Numbered from the stretch's first letter, positions 28,912 through 43,292 are shown. The stretch: 64,000 bases of DNA from Eledone cirrhosa (GCA_964016885.1 OZ024746.1:24676001-24740000), one strand, 5' to 3'. Notes: a model not told the origin generated them from the sequence alone. A program made the numbers and translations.

Positions 28912-29354
28912 ATAATTGTATCTACTTTTGGCACAAGACCAGCAATTACCCAGTGCATTACTGGTACTTTATTTTATCGACCCCGTAAGGATGAAAGGCA
29001 AAGTTAACCTCGGCGGGATTTGAACTCAGAATGGCAAGGGGCGTAACTCTATGCGTTAAAGCATGGCGTCCGACTCTCTACCGATATTGCCAGGCGTCTT
29101 AATAATTGTTTCTACTTTTGGCACAAGGCCAGCAATTACCCAGTATATTACTGGTACTATTTTATCGACCCCGTAAGGATGAAAGGCAAAGTTAACCTCG
29201 GCGGGATTTGAACTCAGAATGGCAAGGGGCGTAACTCTATGCGTCAAAGCATGGCGTCCAACCCTCTACCGATAATCGGGGCACGACTCAGCATCGACAT
29301 CTCGATTTAACCGGCGAACCGCCTGTACTTAGAGTCACACACATACCTACCGTA

Positions 29355-29410
<56 letters not shown>

Positions 29411-29587
29411 CTCATGGTTCTATCATAATTGTTTCTACTTTTGGCACAAGGCCAGCAATTACTCAGTGCATTACTGGTACTTTATTTTATCGACCCCGTA
29501 AGGATGAAAGGCAAAGTTAACCTCGGCGGGATTTGAACTCAGAATGGCAAGGGGCGTAACTCTATGCGTTAAAGCATGGCGTCCGAT
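28912..29587 (-). mobile_element. Cluster of three locally duplicated tRNA-derived SINEs (Meta/MESC-like)
   Basis: Near-identical units at ~28912, 29103 and 29426; B-box GAGTTCAAATCC on the minus strand. Confidence 0.8.
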
Positions 29588-29610
29588 ATGTGTGTGTGTG
29601 TGTATGTATG

Positions 29611-29657
<47 letters not shown>

Positions 29658-29664
29658 ATATTAC

Positions 29665-29733
<69 letters not shown>

Positions 29734-29989
29734 CCTTGTATATTTTCTGCTAGGTTTGATGATATATAATAGTGTTATTAATTGTATTCATTCACAGAAA
29801 GTTGTGTACTTATTTTTACTTAGAATCTTTGTTATGTTTTAGTTAGACGACCTTTGTGGTCGTCTGTTGCTGGCATTTCTCAATGGTGTTCGTTCAAACC
29901 CACGCGAATTGAAAATTTGATGTAAATACGGACACGGATACATTGAAACTCTTAAACAATCATACACATTAAAATTAAATATATATATA

Positions 29990-30171
29990 GATGAGATTCT
30001 ACAGGACTAGAACTGTTTCATTCATTAGAAATCATCAGGAATCCTGATGATTTCTAATGAATGAAACAGTTCTAGTCCTGTAGAATCTCATCTATATTAA
30101 AACTGTTATACTCTGCTATGTATTGAGTACCTTACTTACTGTGGTTACCTCCGATTCAACCCGGAATAACG
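29990..30171 (+). mobile_element. Family A foldback hammerhead element
   Basis: Inverted arm 29990-30053, then the forward unit to ...CCCGGAATAACG(TA)n. Confidence 0.8.
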
Positions 30172-30217
30172 TATATATATATATATATATATAAAACATG
30201 GGAAGAAAGAGGAAAAC

Positions 30218-30277
<60 letters not shown>

Positions 30278-30282
<5 letters not shown>

Positions 30283-30302
30283 ATGTAAAAGTGAGCGTCG
30301 TG

Positions 30303-30370
<68 letters not shown>

Positions 30371-30445
30371 GGAAAATTTGAACAGGAACAAAACAGAGAG
30401 GCAGTACAACGAATGTTTATATATCAATGTAAAAGTGTGCGTCGT

Positions 30446-30492
<47 letters not shown>

Positions 30493-30513
30493 TATATATA
30501 TATAGATATATAA

Positions 30514-30558
<45 letters not shown>

Positions 30559-30590
30559 ATATATATCAATGTAAAAGTGTGTGTCGTGTT

Positions 30591-30624
<34 letters not shown>

Positions 30625-30641
30625 TATATATAGATATATAA

Positions 30642-30688
<47 letters not shown>

Positions 30689-30722
30689 ATATATATCAAT
30701 GTAAAAGTGTGTGTCGTGTTAT
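30278..30722. repeat. Four copies of TATCAATGTAAAAGTGTGTGTCGTGTTT separated by TA-rich spacers
   Basis: Copies at ~30278, 30422, 30564 and 30694. Confidence 0.75.
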
Positions 30723-30820
30723 ATATATATATACAAACACACCTATATATATATATATTCAGACAAAATTTTCTCTGATACATAACTCACCTTATTTTAA
30801 AATTACTTCCCTGTATGTAC

Positions 30821-30893
<73 letters not shown>

Positions 30894-31013
30894 CATATAT
30901 ATATACATATATATATATATATGTGTATGTGTGTGTGTGTGTCTTTTCTACGACATTTATTTATTACTATATATAAAAAGACAGACACACGCACGCACAC
31001 ATCACACACAGTC

Positions 31014-31322
<309 letters not shown>

Positions 31323-31337
31323 CACATATATATATAC

Positions 31338-31411
<74 letters not shown>

Positions 31412-31571
31412 ATATATATCTTATAGATAGATATATAGATAGATATATGGTTACATTGGGAGTTACCAGTTTAGACAAGTAAGACCGTGTTCAGTTAAGT
31501 ACTACAGACTTGGAAAGGTAGGGTGTATATATATTGTACATAGTTAGTGCCTAGATACTTACATATAAACT

Positions 31572-31608
<37 letters not shown>

Positions 31609-31611
<3 letters not shown>

Positions 31612-31708
31612 CTGTCCCCAAAGAATGTATACATACTTCAACAGCATTCTAATAAATATTGCTTGTACAGGTAATCAAAGTATGTATACATATGTTGGGA
31701 CACTCTGT
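31609..31708. mobile_element. Tc1/mariner-type MITE copy, diverged
   Basis: Homologous to 4593-4691. Confidence 0.6.
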
Positions 31709-31721
31709 ATATTTATATACT

Positions 31722-31754
<33 letters not shown>

Positions 31755-31969
31755 GTCTGTGTGTGTATACATACATACACATTGAGGTATGTATGTACAT
31801 GTATGTGTGTATTTGTATGCGTATGTATGTACATATATATGTGTGTATTTGTGTGTGTATGTATGTATGTACATATATGTGTGTGTATTTGTGTCTGTAT
31901 GTATGTATGTACATATATGTATGTGCGTATTTGTGTGTGAGTGTGTATATGTACATATATATGTATGTG

Positions 31970-32002
<33 letters not shown>

Positions 32003-32390
32003 TCGTGTGTGCGTGTGGGGGGGAGGGGGTGTATGTGTGTGTGTGTGTGTGTGCACGCGCGTGTGTGTGTGTGCGTGTGTGTGTGATTTTACTGCTAAGT
32101 GATATGTATACAGATTCAGGTAAACCGAAACTACAATCTAAGTTTATAACTTACCTGAATTATGTGACGTAAGTGTCTCATGTAATGTAAAGCAACCAAC
32201 TGTCTCTGATGTCTCATCCAACTGAACGCCCAGCCGCAACTGACCTAGCTATGGAAATCAGATGGTGTTGTTTTATCGTTTAGTTTGTTCTGTTGTTTTT
32301 TTTTTCCTTTGTTTATTTGTTTACTTTTTATAGTCATATACATGACTTGTTCCACAAGCAAACTTCAATACTCTCTTATGTATATATATA

Positions 32391-32452
<62 letters not shown>

Positions 32453-32468
32453 TATGTGTGTATATATA

Positions 32469-32600
32469 GATTCCTGATGATTTCTAAAGAATGAAACAGT
32501 TCTAGTCCTGTAGAATCTCATCTATATTAAAACTTTTATACTCTGCTATGTATTGAGTACCTTACTTACTGTGGTTACCTCCGATTCAACCCGGAATAAC

Positions 32601-32601
<1 letters not shown>
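32469..32601 (+). mobile_element. Family A hammerhead unit (133 bp)
   Basis: Starts at hammerhead stem I, ends GAATAACG(TA)n. Confidence 0.8.
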
Positions 32602-32632
<31 letters not shown>

Positions 32633-32634
<2 letters not shown>

Positions 32635-32770
32635 CGAAGGAGATGTGGTAAGGAACCAGGTGGACCATAACGCACCAAAGTACTCAATACTTAGGGTAGT
32701 AGAGTGGGTAATAGGAACAAGTAAGACCCCGACGGCTGAGCTCAAGCCGTTTCGACGGCTAATTCTGTAC

Positions 32771-32774
<4 letters not shown>
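32633..32774 (-). mobile_element. Family B element
   Basis: Matches 7898-8020; tail to tail with the family A copy. Confidence 0.75.
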
Positions 32775-32831
<57 letters not shown>

Positions 32832-32953
32832 TTTACGAAAATGGTTTATATCAACTCAATGTACGTATATATATATATATATACAATGTTTATGAAAATC
32901 GTTTATATTAACTCAATGTATGTATATATATATCTATATATATCTATATATAG

Positions 32954-33075
<122 letters not shown>

Positions 33076-33194
33076 GTGTGTCTGTGATTGTAAATATTCA
33101 TCAATGGTGAAACGAGGCACCCGAGGAATCGCGCGTAGCGAGAAACTTAGTGTAGTGTGAGAGTGTGTGTGTACTTATATACATACATACACAT

Positions 33195-33238
<44 letters not shown>

Positions 33239-33268
33239 ATGTATATATGTGTGTGTGTCTTTGTGTAG

Positions 33269-33345
<77 letters not shown>

Positions 33346-33488
33346 GTATATATGTATATATGTATGTATAGGTTTAAATGAGTGCCATTAGACAGAAAAC
33401 TCCAAGGACTTGAGTCACCTGTATAGCTTTATGGTTGCTATAATATGTATTATGTATGTATGTATGTATGTATGTATGTATGTATGTA

Positions 33489-34010
33489 TGAGGAGGGTGA
33501 TTTTGGACACCCTGCAGGACAAAAAACAAAACCTGACAAAGGGCGGAAGATCTCATAAGAGTCAACGGCCATCCAAAAGTGTGTAAATATGTATATACAC
33601 ATGTACATATGTATGTATATGTATATGTGTATATACATGAGTGCATGTGTATGTACATGCGCGGGGACATAGAAATAATCGGGCTGGACACCCGATCGCG
33701 CGGTTAAACCACTGGAAGTGAAGGACCCCTACCCTTTGTCAGGGCATTCTTCTAGGAGAAGGCAACTCAGGAAACTGGGATGACTCCGATGTAAAACCTG
33801 CGGCTCAGTAGTGACCGATGATGTTGATCTTTTCTTCTTTTCCGGTTTATAGCTACTGTCGCTCAGAGAGTGGGATTGGCTCAGTGCACAGTCTTTCCTC
33901 ATTTAAAAAAATATCTTCATGCACAGGCATTGCACGATAGAATTAATTAATAATTATTAATAATGGTATATCGTGCAATGGCCATACTCGATAACGAGGG
34001 GGCAGCCATC
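33489..34010 (+). mobile_element. Non-autonomous bipartite RTE derivative, family 1 (5' truncated)
   Basis: Homologous to 14443-14965; flanked by (TATG)n. Confidence 0.85.
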
Positions 34011-34100
34011 ATCATGTATGTATGTATGTATGTATGTATGCAGGTATGTGTAGATGCGTATACATATATATATATATATATATATACTTATGTGTATCTA

Positions 34101-34139
<39 letters not shown>

Positions 34140-34142
<3 letters not shown>

Positions 34143-34271
34143 TCCTGATGATTTCTAAAGAATGAAACAGTTCTAGACTTGTAGAATCTCATCTATATTA
34201 AAACTTTTATACTCTGCAATGTATTGAGTACCTTACTTACTGTGGTTACCTCCGATTCAACCCGGAATAAC

Positions 34272-34272
<1 letters not shown>
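34140..34272 (+). mobile_element. Family A hammerhead unit
   Basis: Same boundaries as 32469-32601. Confidence 0.8.
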
Positions 34273-34308
<36 letters not shown>

Positions 34309-34573
34309 TATGAGTGTACGTGTGTCTATATGTGTGTAAGAATATATGGGTGTCTTCCATTCATTGTCTGCTACCCCCCCCCCCCCTCCCCGAGTTCCTC
34401 TATCTCTATTTCTCTATTTTTCTGTGTTGTGTGTTTTATTTTTTACATCCGTCTACTCTTATCTGTCTGTCTGTCTATTGGAGAAATGGTGAGAATTAAC
34501 AGAAAAAGAGAAAATTAAACAGAGAGTGGGAGAGTAAGAGAGAGAGAGAGAGAGCATATAGAGTAAAGGATAA

Positions 34574-34647
<74 letters not shown>

Positions 34648-34740
34648 TGAGAGAGGGGAACAAGGAAACAAAGAGGAAGTGATAGGCAGACGATAAAAGG
34701 AAAAGAAGCTGAGGAAAAGATCGTCAGTATGTTTGAAGTA

Positions 34741-34743
34741 TGT

Positions 34744-34774
<31 letters not shown>

Positions 34775-35394
34775 AGTGTCAATGTGTGTGTGTGTGTCAA
34801 TGTGTGTGTGTGTCAATGTGTGTGCGTCAATGTGTGTGTGTGTGTCAATGTGTGTGTGTGTCAATGTGTGTGTGTGTCAATGTGTGTGTGTGTGTCAATG
34901 TGTGTGTGTGTGTCAATGTGTGTGTGTGTGTGTCAATGTGTGTGTGTGTGTCAATGTGTGTGTGTGTCAATGTGTGTGTGTGTGAGTGTGAGTGTCAATG
35001 TGTGTGTGTGTCAATGTGTGTGTGTGTCAATGTGTGTGTGTGTCAATGTGTGTGTGTGAGTGTCAATGTGTGTGTGTGTGTCAATGTGTGTGTCAATGTG
35101 TGTGTGTGTCAATGTGTGTGTCAATGTGTGTGTGTGTGTGTGAGTGTCAATGTGTGTGTGTGTGTGTCAATGTGTGTGTGTGTCAATGTGTGTGTGCGTC
35201 AATGTGTGTGTGTGTGTGCGTGTATGTGTGTCAATGTGTGTGTGTGTGTCAATGTGTGTGTGTGTCAATGTGTGTGTGTGTCAATGTGTGTGCGTGTCAA
35301 TGTGTGTGTGTGTCAATGTGTGTGTGTGTGCGTGTATGTGTGTCAATGTGTGTGTATGTGCGTGTGTGTGTGTGTGTGTCAATGTGTGTGTGTG
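34741..35394. repeat. Compound microsatellite [(TG)nTCAA]m
   Basis: TG runs punctuated about every 10-20 bp by TCAA. Confidence 0.9.
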
Positions 35395-35449
35395 ATAGGT
35401 AATTTCTATTCAATAAATCCTTATCTTTTTGTTGATATCATTATTTCTA

Positions 35450-35972
35450 TTACACAAAATATCTCTTTGCGTTCCGAGTTCAAATCCCGCCGATGTCAAC
35501 TTGGCCTTTCATCCTTACAAGGTCTATAAAATAAAGTACCAGTAACGCACTGTGATCAATTTAATCGACTTTCCCCCTCCCTAACATTTTTGGCCTTGTG
35601 CCTAAATCAGAAACAATTGTTATCTTTAGAGTTATGTCCCTCTAAGGTCTGAGTTCAAATCCCACCGAGGTTAACTTTGCCTTTCATCCTTACGGGGTCG
35701 ATAAAATAAAGCACCAGTAATGTACTGGGGTCGATTTAATCGACTTCCCCCTCCCCCAAATTACTGGCCGTGTGCCTATATAAGAAATCATGTCCCTTTA
35801 CGATCTGAGTTCAAATCCCGCCGAGGTTGACTTTGCCTTTTATCCTTACGGGGTCGATAGAATAAAGTACCAGTAATGCACTGGGTAATTGCTGGCCTTG
35901 TGCCTAAAGTAGAAACAATTATTTCTATTACACAAAACATCTCTTTACGTACCGAGTTCAAATCCCGCCGAT
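35450..35972 (+). mobile_element. Tandem cluster of four SINE fragments (Meta/MESC-like)
   Basis: GAGTTCAAATCCC(G/A)CCGA at ~35476, 35651, 35807 and 35954. Confidence 0.75.
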
Positions 35973-36129
35973 TATGTTGATAAAATTGTAAAAGGAAAAA
36001 TGCCATTTTCACCTACGGAAATTACCGGAAGTTGTGTCTGATCTTACAATGAACAATCACCGAACTTAATCTATATATAAAATACATCTTTTACCTATTT
36101 GACCTTGAGATTTGTACTTAGAACATTCC

Positions 36130-36328
36130 CCTCCAATACACAAGCCCGGAGAAGGTGTTTTGTGGAAGACCAGCAGTAACCCTGCGTACCAGTCTCCTCT
36201 CTCCATGCCACTAATGTCGTCCACGGGAAAAGGCAAAGGACGGTACAGCTTGGCACCAGAAACATTACAATTCAAATCTACAGCTGAGTGAGATGGAGTG
36301 AAATAAAGTATCTTGTTCAAAGACACTA
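36130..36328 (-). mobile_element. Degenerate CORE-like SINE
   Basis: CTACAGCTGAGTG...GTGAAATAAAGTATCTTGTTCAAAGACAC. Confidence 0.5.
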
Positions 36329-36784
36329 TAAGGTTCCTTAGTTCAATGGAGAGAGCACTCAACCGGTATTTGAAAGATACGAAGTTCGATTCCTCGTAGT
36401 GAGTGAGCGTTGGCTATATCTTTTTCCGTGTCTAAGGATCTTTACCCGATTTCTATAAGCTATTTTCTAGTAACTATTTGTAATTGCAGTTATTTTCTGC
36501 ACTTACGCATCCTACATCTTCTATAGATATATTCCTTCAGCGCTTCGTAAGTTCGATCTTCGCACACGATGTTTATAAATAGAGGTAGATAGAAAGATAG
36601 ATAGATAAATTTTAGGAATAAATGTTAACACAGCTCCAATGCATATTTTTTGACGATGGAAAATAATCTACACAAGTTGGATATATAGACGCGCGGAGAG
36701 AGAAAAAATGGACAGCGTTGCCGTGTTGAAAATGATAACAAATTCAACAATTTCGTAACCTGCTCTATGGTTCTAAAAATAGTT

Positions 36785-36825
<41 letters not shown>

Positions 36826-37114
36826 CCAACCTGTACGTACGAATTACATAAGTTTCCTTTGTGTACAGCTGATTTTCGAATCTTCCAGAATGACGACAGA
36901 ATTTACTGAATGAATATTTATTAATAGATTAATACATTCTATTTTTTTCCCCCTCTGATATATATATAGATCCTTCTTTCTTTCTTACTTTCTTTCTTTC
37001 CTTCATCATCGTCATTATCATTGCAGTGTTACTATGAATTTACAGTATATTTACTAAACTGTATATGTGTATATATACATACATACATATATATATATAT
37101 AAATATATATATAT

Positions 37115-37164
<50 letters not shown>

Positions 37165-37859
37165 TATATATATATTTATTTATTTATATATATACATACA
37201 TATAATGTGTGTGTTTTTGTGTATATGTTTATGTGTGTATATATGTGAATATGAATAAGACAGTGTATATGTTTACAAGGTGTGCTTGACTTCTTTTTAA
37301 TATTGTTTTGTTTTGGCGACCTATTTTTCTTTTTTCATATATTTTTATTTCAAAGTTTTGCTTGACGTCAGACGATACATTAATGCTATTAAGCAGATGT
37401 AAACGATATTGCTTACAAACATTCCAAACTTACCTTGGCCACAAAGCGTCACAAAGGTCTACCTGTCTGACGATGTCCCCACCCTTTATCACGTCATTGT
37501 TGCTAATTTACGTCAATATAACCAGAAAAAGTTAAATATAGTCACTTAAGTTACCCACCCGTACTCAATGACTTTCAGACAAACACTGGCGAGGTTTCTT
37601 CTGTTTTACACCTAATTTCTTTCATAGAGATGTTTATAAACTTTTTTTCCTTGTTGCTATTTTTAAAGTTTATATTTTATTGTCAATAATTAATATGATA
37701 GAAATATACAGCCATGCTATTTTAGAAAACATGTCAGGCAAATATTTTCTGTATGAATGAAATATTTGTCTGAATTATTTTCTAAAATAGCCTAGCAGTA
37801 TATTTCAATCTAACAATATCTTAACGCCAGTTAAATTAGCTGAGTTGTTGGTCCACTTT

Positions 37860-39285
37860 ACGAAAGTTCTTCAATATCTTGCTTTCTGTGTTTTGCATTC
37901 TGCCCCAGTCAACGATGTTTAACAATCAAGACATCTCGTCTGAAATGTATATGACTGGACCAATGTAGGCAGATGTGACCAATAAAATAAAACTAGCCTA
38001 CGTGTGCAGTACATGATTGGCTGGAGTGATTGCAAAAAAAAAAATAATATACCTCATACAATCGCTGAAACTTTGCTACAAAGATATTGTTTGTTGCATG
38101 TTGAGAGGAAATACCACAAAGAAACTAAATACTCTGTCACTGTCAGAGGATACTGTTTCAACAAAGGGTATCTGTGACACACCAGACGATAAGGTAATTT
38201 CGAAAATCAAAGAGGCTTTCCTATGTATCTTCACTATTCAGTTGACGAGCCCTCAGACATATCGTCTGACACACAGCTACTTGTATACGTATTCAGATAG
38301 TAAAGGATTCGGTTTTTAAGGAAGAATTCTTGTTTTGTTCAAATTTAACAACGAAAGGAGGTGGGGTATGACATTACAACTAGTTTTTTTGCAAAATAAT
38401 TTCTTTCTTAGAAAATGGTGTTCGGCTTGACAATTGATTGAACTCCTGCATTGCTGGGTTTTAGATATGGTTTCTTAGCCAGGATGTCAAATGTCAATTT
38501 TGATGTATTGCATGGTTCATAGCTATATATAATGTACGAAGACGCTGCCTCCAGCTCTCAAATCTGTTCTAAGTGATGTTGTAAGCATAGGAAAATTTGC
38601 CAAATATAGTCCGCAAGGATACAATGCTGAGGAAGAGGTACTTCTATTTCATACAGAAATGTTATTACTTTCAACATGTAATCTGGTAGCTCAAAGTTGC
38701 AGCGATGAAAGCTGAGCTGAAACAATTCTTTCCAAGAAACCGGAAGAATAAAGCACTCAACTTTGTAGAAGAATGCCTGATAACAAACAGGACATTTCAA
38801 GGCAATCTAGCTACTGATATAGACTTTGTCAACAAATTACATCCTTCCAGATTAAACTTGAGTTATGGAACGAAAAACTAAAAGTGGATTGTTGTGACAT
38901 TTCTGGAAATCTGAGTGACTGTAGAAAACATTAATAAGGTATTTTGTTTCGATATTTATTCAATAAGATTCCCGTTTGCCTTATACTAGAAAACTGGACC
39001 ATCAACTCATTTTAAATTCCTTTAGAATTAATCTCAGATCAATTCCAGACAATTTACAAAATAAAGGTGTCGAATTTATAAATGACACAATAGCAAAAAA
39101 TCTTTTCGAAACCTCGTCGTCTAAAATAATTCTTAAGTTCTGTGGCGAAGTCGTCCTACGCATCTTTATATGAGGAATCTTTTGTTGTCCCCATCCATTT
39201 ACTGTTGGCAACAAGGAGTTTCTAGTTGTATAAAAAAATAAATTTCGTGCAAAACTGTCAATTAAAACTGATATGTGGCTGTATT
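37860..39285 (+). pseudogene. Decayed hAT (Buster/Charlie-type) transposase
   Basis: Motifs across shifted frames: IAKKK..PHTIAETL, KDIVCCML..KKLNTLSLSEDTVS, IQ(L/V)DEPSDISSDTQLLVYV, KEEFLFC, SIPDNLQ..EFINDTIAKNLFET. Confidence 0.8.
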
Positions 39286-39419
39286 AGGGCGGCGAATTGA
39301 CAGAGTTGTTAGGGCGTCAGATTAAATACATTGGTATATGTTCCCATTCATTGTGGTCCGAGTTCAAATCTCACAGATATATTACCTTTGGTTTTCTGCT
39401 CAATTCAAAGCTTGACCAT

Positions 39420-39900
39420 TTCAGTGTACATGATGTTCACTTCTGGAGATCTCATGTGGCTTTTTAAACCGGCCATACTTTTTAAAAGATGCCCACATAA
39501 ATTGCACATTAGTTTTAGTGCAGCTTGAGCTGCCTGTGTTGTCTGACCTTGATAAACTTTGAAATGTCTCTTCAGACCTCTTTGAGATTTGCAGACCTTG
39601 TGGCATTGATAAGGGTGAACTGGTAGGTGTGTTCTGTAAGTCAGTATGAAGTGCCCTACTGTGTGCTTTTATATAAGATTTAAGTTCAGTCTCTGAAAGG
39701 AAGAGCTCACTTTTACATTTCATACACTGGAGGTAGATAAAAAAAAAGTTCCAGTTCAATGGTGATGGAGTAGTGGAACTGTTAAAGGGTCGGGCGGAAT
39801 GTTTTGTGTTATTTGATCTACCTCTGTAATTCCTGAATTTAAATCCCACCTTCTTCTTTCAGAAGTTGCATCACACAGATAGTATCAGCTTGCAATTAGA
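39420..39900 (-). pseudogene. Old 3' fragment of an RTE relative with three C2H2 zinc-finger remnants
   Basis: LQCMKCK...LKSYIKAH; HKVCKSQRGLKRHFKV; CNLCGHLLKSMAGLKSHMRS, in shifted frames. Confidence 0.65.
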
Positions 39901-40354
39901 AATAAATATGGTTCCTTCCCATACAGATCCGTTAAGAAACAGGGTTCTATTTCCTTCTCACTAATGTAGCTAAACCTTCGGTCGAACTCTAAAGCGCTAA
40001 TTAATAGCGGCCTAGAAATCAAAGTTTAAAGGTTCACAGTATTAAACTGCATGAACTCAGCTCAATTCATAGAGGAGATATCGGTTAACCAGGACATTAC
40101 AGAAATTGTGTTGTTCCATTGGTAATGATTAGACTTTTTTGTAATGTGTACATTTATATCTCTCAATATTTTCTTATTGACCAGTCTTAAATCAGTTCTG
40201 GCAGGGTTCAGTAATACACAGCTGGATCTGTTAGTGAAGTCAACTTTGTTGTCAGGCCCGGACTTTCACCTGCTGGAGCCCTAAGTTATATGAAATGTGA
40301 GGCTCTTCTCTAAAAAAATGTATATATTATTATTAATGTTCATAGTACAGAATA

Positions 40355-40426
<72 letters not shown>

Positions 40427-40704
40427 TGGTAAATAATAAAACTAATGATAAAATATATATTTTTGTTTTTAATGAGGCCCCCGAAGCGTATGGCCCTAAG
40501 GTATAGCTTATTTAGCTTATGGGTAAGTCGTCCAGCACCGCTTGTCCTTCACGATAACGAAGGATACAAGCTTTGCTAGGCGTTAAAACTCGTTTCAACT
40601 TTCTTGCAATAGCTTTATCATTTATATTATCATAGATATCTACTCTAGCTTTCTGGTACGTATTTGTGATATTATTTAGGATTAATTGGTTGTATCTATC
40701 ATAT

Positions 40705-40852
40705 AGCAGAGTCGTTAGAACGTCGGATAGAGTTATTAGTGGTATTCGTTTCGGCTCTCTGCTCTCTAAGTTCAAATCCTGCCGAGGCCAACTTTGCCTT
40801 TCATCCTTTCTAGGTCGATAAATGAAGTACCAATCAAGTACTGGGGTCGACT
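40705..40852 (+). mobile_element. tRNA-derived SINE (Meta/MESC-like)
   Basis: TAGCAGAGTCGTTAGAACGTCGGA A-box; AAGTTCAAATCC B-box; core motif. Confidence 0.7.
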
Positions 40853-40854
40853 CT

Positions 40855-41175
40855 TCCTCTATTTCTATTTGTCCCTTTCTCTCTTTCTCTAGAAGAAATC
40901 TGGAAAAAGATGGGCTCTGCCAGGAATTAAAATGCCCAAGAACTGACATATGCCACTCCGGATCTCCTATGATTTCATCAGGAATTTCGACATCACCTAT
41001 CATTATCCTCTATTTCCCTTTGTCACTTTCTATCTTTTTCTAGAAGAAATCTGCTGTGTTCAGATCTGAAGAGAAGTGGGCTCCACCAGGGTTAAAAATG
41101 GCCAAGAAATGACATATGCCACTCCGGCTCCCCAATGAGTTCATCACGAGTTTCAATATCATCTATCCTTATCTA
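40855..41175. repeat. Diverged direct duplication (~150-170 bp unit)
   Basis: CTAGAAGAAATCTG...TGACATATGCCACTCCGG...ATCA occurs twice. Confidence 0.7.
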
Positions 41176-41394
41176 TTACATACAGTTCCTCAGACCTATC
41201 AGAGAAAGCAAATACGTTACTAGATTCAAATGATTTTTTATGCCACTAGATAGATTATATATGCATCTCATACATGCTTTTGTGTTTGCATTTGTTGAAA
41301 GACAAATATTTCACTTCTATAGATATATATAGAAAGATATATATATAATATATTGATATCCGTCTATATATATCTATAGAAATGAAATGTTTGT

Positions 41395-41431
<37 letters not shown>

Positions 41432-41433
<2 letters not shown>

Positions 41434-41804
41434 GATATTAATAAATGGAAACTATATTTATAAAACCATATTTATTTCATTATACATATTTCAGGGATAC
41501 CACATTAAATTATGGTATGCCTTCATCAGACAAAATACAATATCTCCAAAAGTAATGGTTGTATTTTAAAGGGTACGTCAAATCTATTTGTAAAACTGTT
41601 ATATATTGTATTTTGTCTGATGAAGGCATACCATAATTTAATGTGGTATCCCTGAAATATGTATAATGAAATAAATATGGTTTTATAAATATAGTTTCCA
41701 TTTATTAATATCGTATATCTACTCCAAAAATTTGTCGAGTGCTTTATGTCGGTTATAAATATATTTACTTGTTGTATCCCAACAACTTTAAATAGAACTT
41801 TTGC
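41432..41804 (+). mobile_element. Family C foldback element with two opposed hammerheads
   Basis: Inverted arm 41432-41543; forward unit 41544-41804. Confidence 0.8.
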
Positions 41805-41877
41805 ATATATATATATATATATATATATTATAAAATAACAGGAGGCTGAACTGGTGTAATTCCTTAAAAGGTTTATT

Positions 41878-41935
41878 ATACTATGATCATTTCAATGACC
41901 GGGTTCAATATGAATCCGGTGACATCACCAGGTAT
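41878..41935 (-). ncRNA. Hammerhead motif with one core mutation (family G)
   Basis: ATAC-CTGGTGA-stem II (ACCGGATTCA/TGAACCCGGT)-GAAA-TGATCA-TA-GTAT. Confidence 0.55.
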
Positions 41936-42110
41936 TCGAAATATAACAAAGGAATATAATAGACAAAATCCATGGGGCTGAAAATCAGAGACATGAGGGC
42001 GACCGAACATTTAGCAGCTTCTACCCCGGTTGGCCGTCCTCATATATACCTTCCATATACTGTACCGATTGTGTTGTTATTTCTGTTTACCTTTTACATA
42101 TATATATATA

Positions 42111-42849
42111 TGTAAAAGGTAAACAAAAATAACAACACAATCGGTACAGTATATGGAAGGTATATATTAGGTTAACGCTTGATATAGCAGGAATAGGGTC
42201 TTAACGTTTCGGACGCTAGTCCTTCATCAGACGAAAGAATGAGAAATAAAATAGATTGAGGTGTCGGGCAGGTGAAATTGGAAAAAATCTCTTTAGATAA
42301 AAATAACAGGTCCATTCATGTTGACATCTCTTGCAAAGCTGTTGGTGCTGGCGTTTTGTGTATGATTTGTTTTTTTAGAAAAATGGATGATGGAGCGCGT
42401 CTACCTGAAATGGAAAAAAAAAATGTTTTCTAAAAAGAGCTATATTTGAGCACATGCGTAAGCATGTGTTTGTGTGTGTGTGTCTGTGTGTGTCTGTGTG
42501 TGTGTGTGCGTGTGTGTTGTAGGTCCGTACGAAGCTAAGAAGAAATGTGTGTGTATATGTGAGTGAAAGAGTGTGTGTGCATGTAAGTACGAAGCTATGA
42601 GCAAAAGTATGTTAATATAAGGGTGTGTATCGGCATGTAAGCTGCTAATGATCAAGAGAAAGCGATAGGAATCTAGGTGTGTGATAATGGATGGGGTATT
42701 AGAGAAATTGGGGAGTTGAGTTGAGTCCAAGAGGGGAATAGGACCCAAGGCGGTGAATCAGACTTTTTTCAGTTCTGGTGCGCGAGGCTTGTGATCCATG
42801 ATGTAAAAGGGCACCCAGGACTCAAACATGTAGGGAAGAATGACCAGGA
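42111..42849 (-). mobile_element. Penelope-like element 3' fragment: GIY-YIG endonuclease C-terminus, 3' UTR and minimal hammerhead (42198-42232)
   Basis: PGHSSLHV*VLGALLHHGSQASRTRTEKSLIHRLGSYSPLGLN fits the HS..R...E..I..L...P.GLN pattern. Hammerhead reads CTGATGAaGGACtagcGTCCGAAACGTT. Confidence 0.75.
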
Positions 42850-43138
42850 GAACAGAAAGATATAGTTAGTTAGTTACACACCACTTACGTCATAAGCTAC
42901 ACTTCACCTATTTAAAGTAATGTAATTGAAAATAAACATTCATTCTACCATAAACGTGTATTACAACTCTACAATTGATTTATTGTTATATATAAATATA
43001 TATAGATATGGGAGAGGCTGATATCAATTTAGAGATCAACTCTTTTAGCGCGCTACCGACAATGTCAAGGACAACTCTTCACGCCAGTTAGAATATTTTT
43101 ATAAATTGTATCTATAAATTTTAGCTACAACTATTATT

Positions 43139-43185
<47 letters not shown>

Positions 43186-43249
43186 ATATAGATATGTTTC
43201 TTTATTAGCCACAGGGGCACAAAAGAAGGGGACAAATACAAAGGGGGAA

Positions 43250-43289
<40 letters not shown>

Positions 43290-43292
<3 letters not shown>

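Noticed and set aside
30278-30722. Repeat-spacer pattern
   Set aside because: The spacers are mostly TA microsatellite; this is a local tandem duplication.
36333-36405. tRNA gene
   Set aside because: A- and B-box-like motifs are present but there is no paired acceptor stem; likely a SINE head or pseudogene.
40470-40660. Possible hAT terminus
   Set aside because: Only vague subterminal resemblance; no matching TIR or TSD found.
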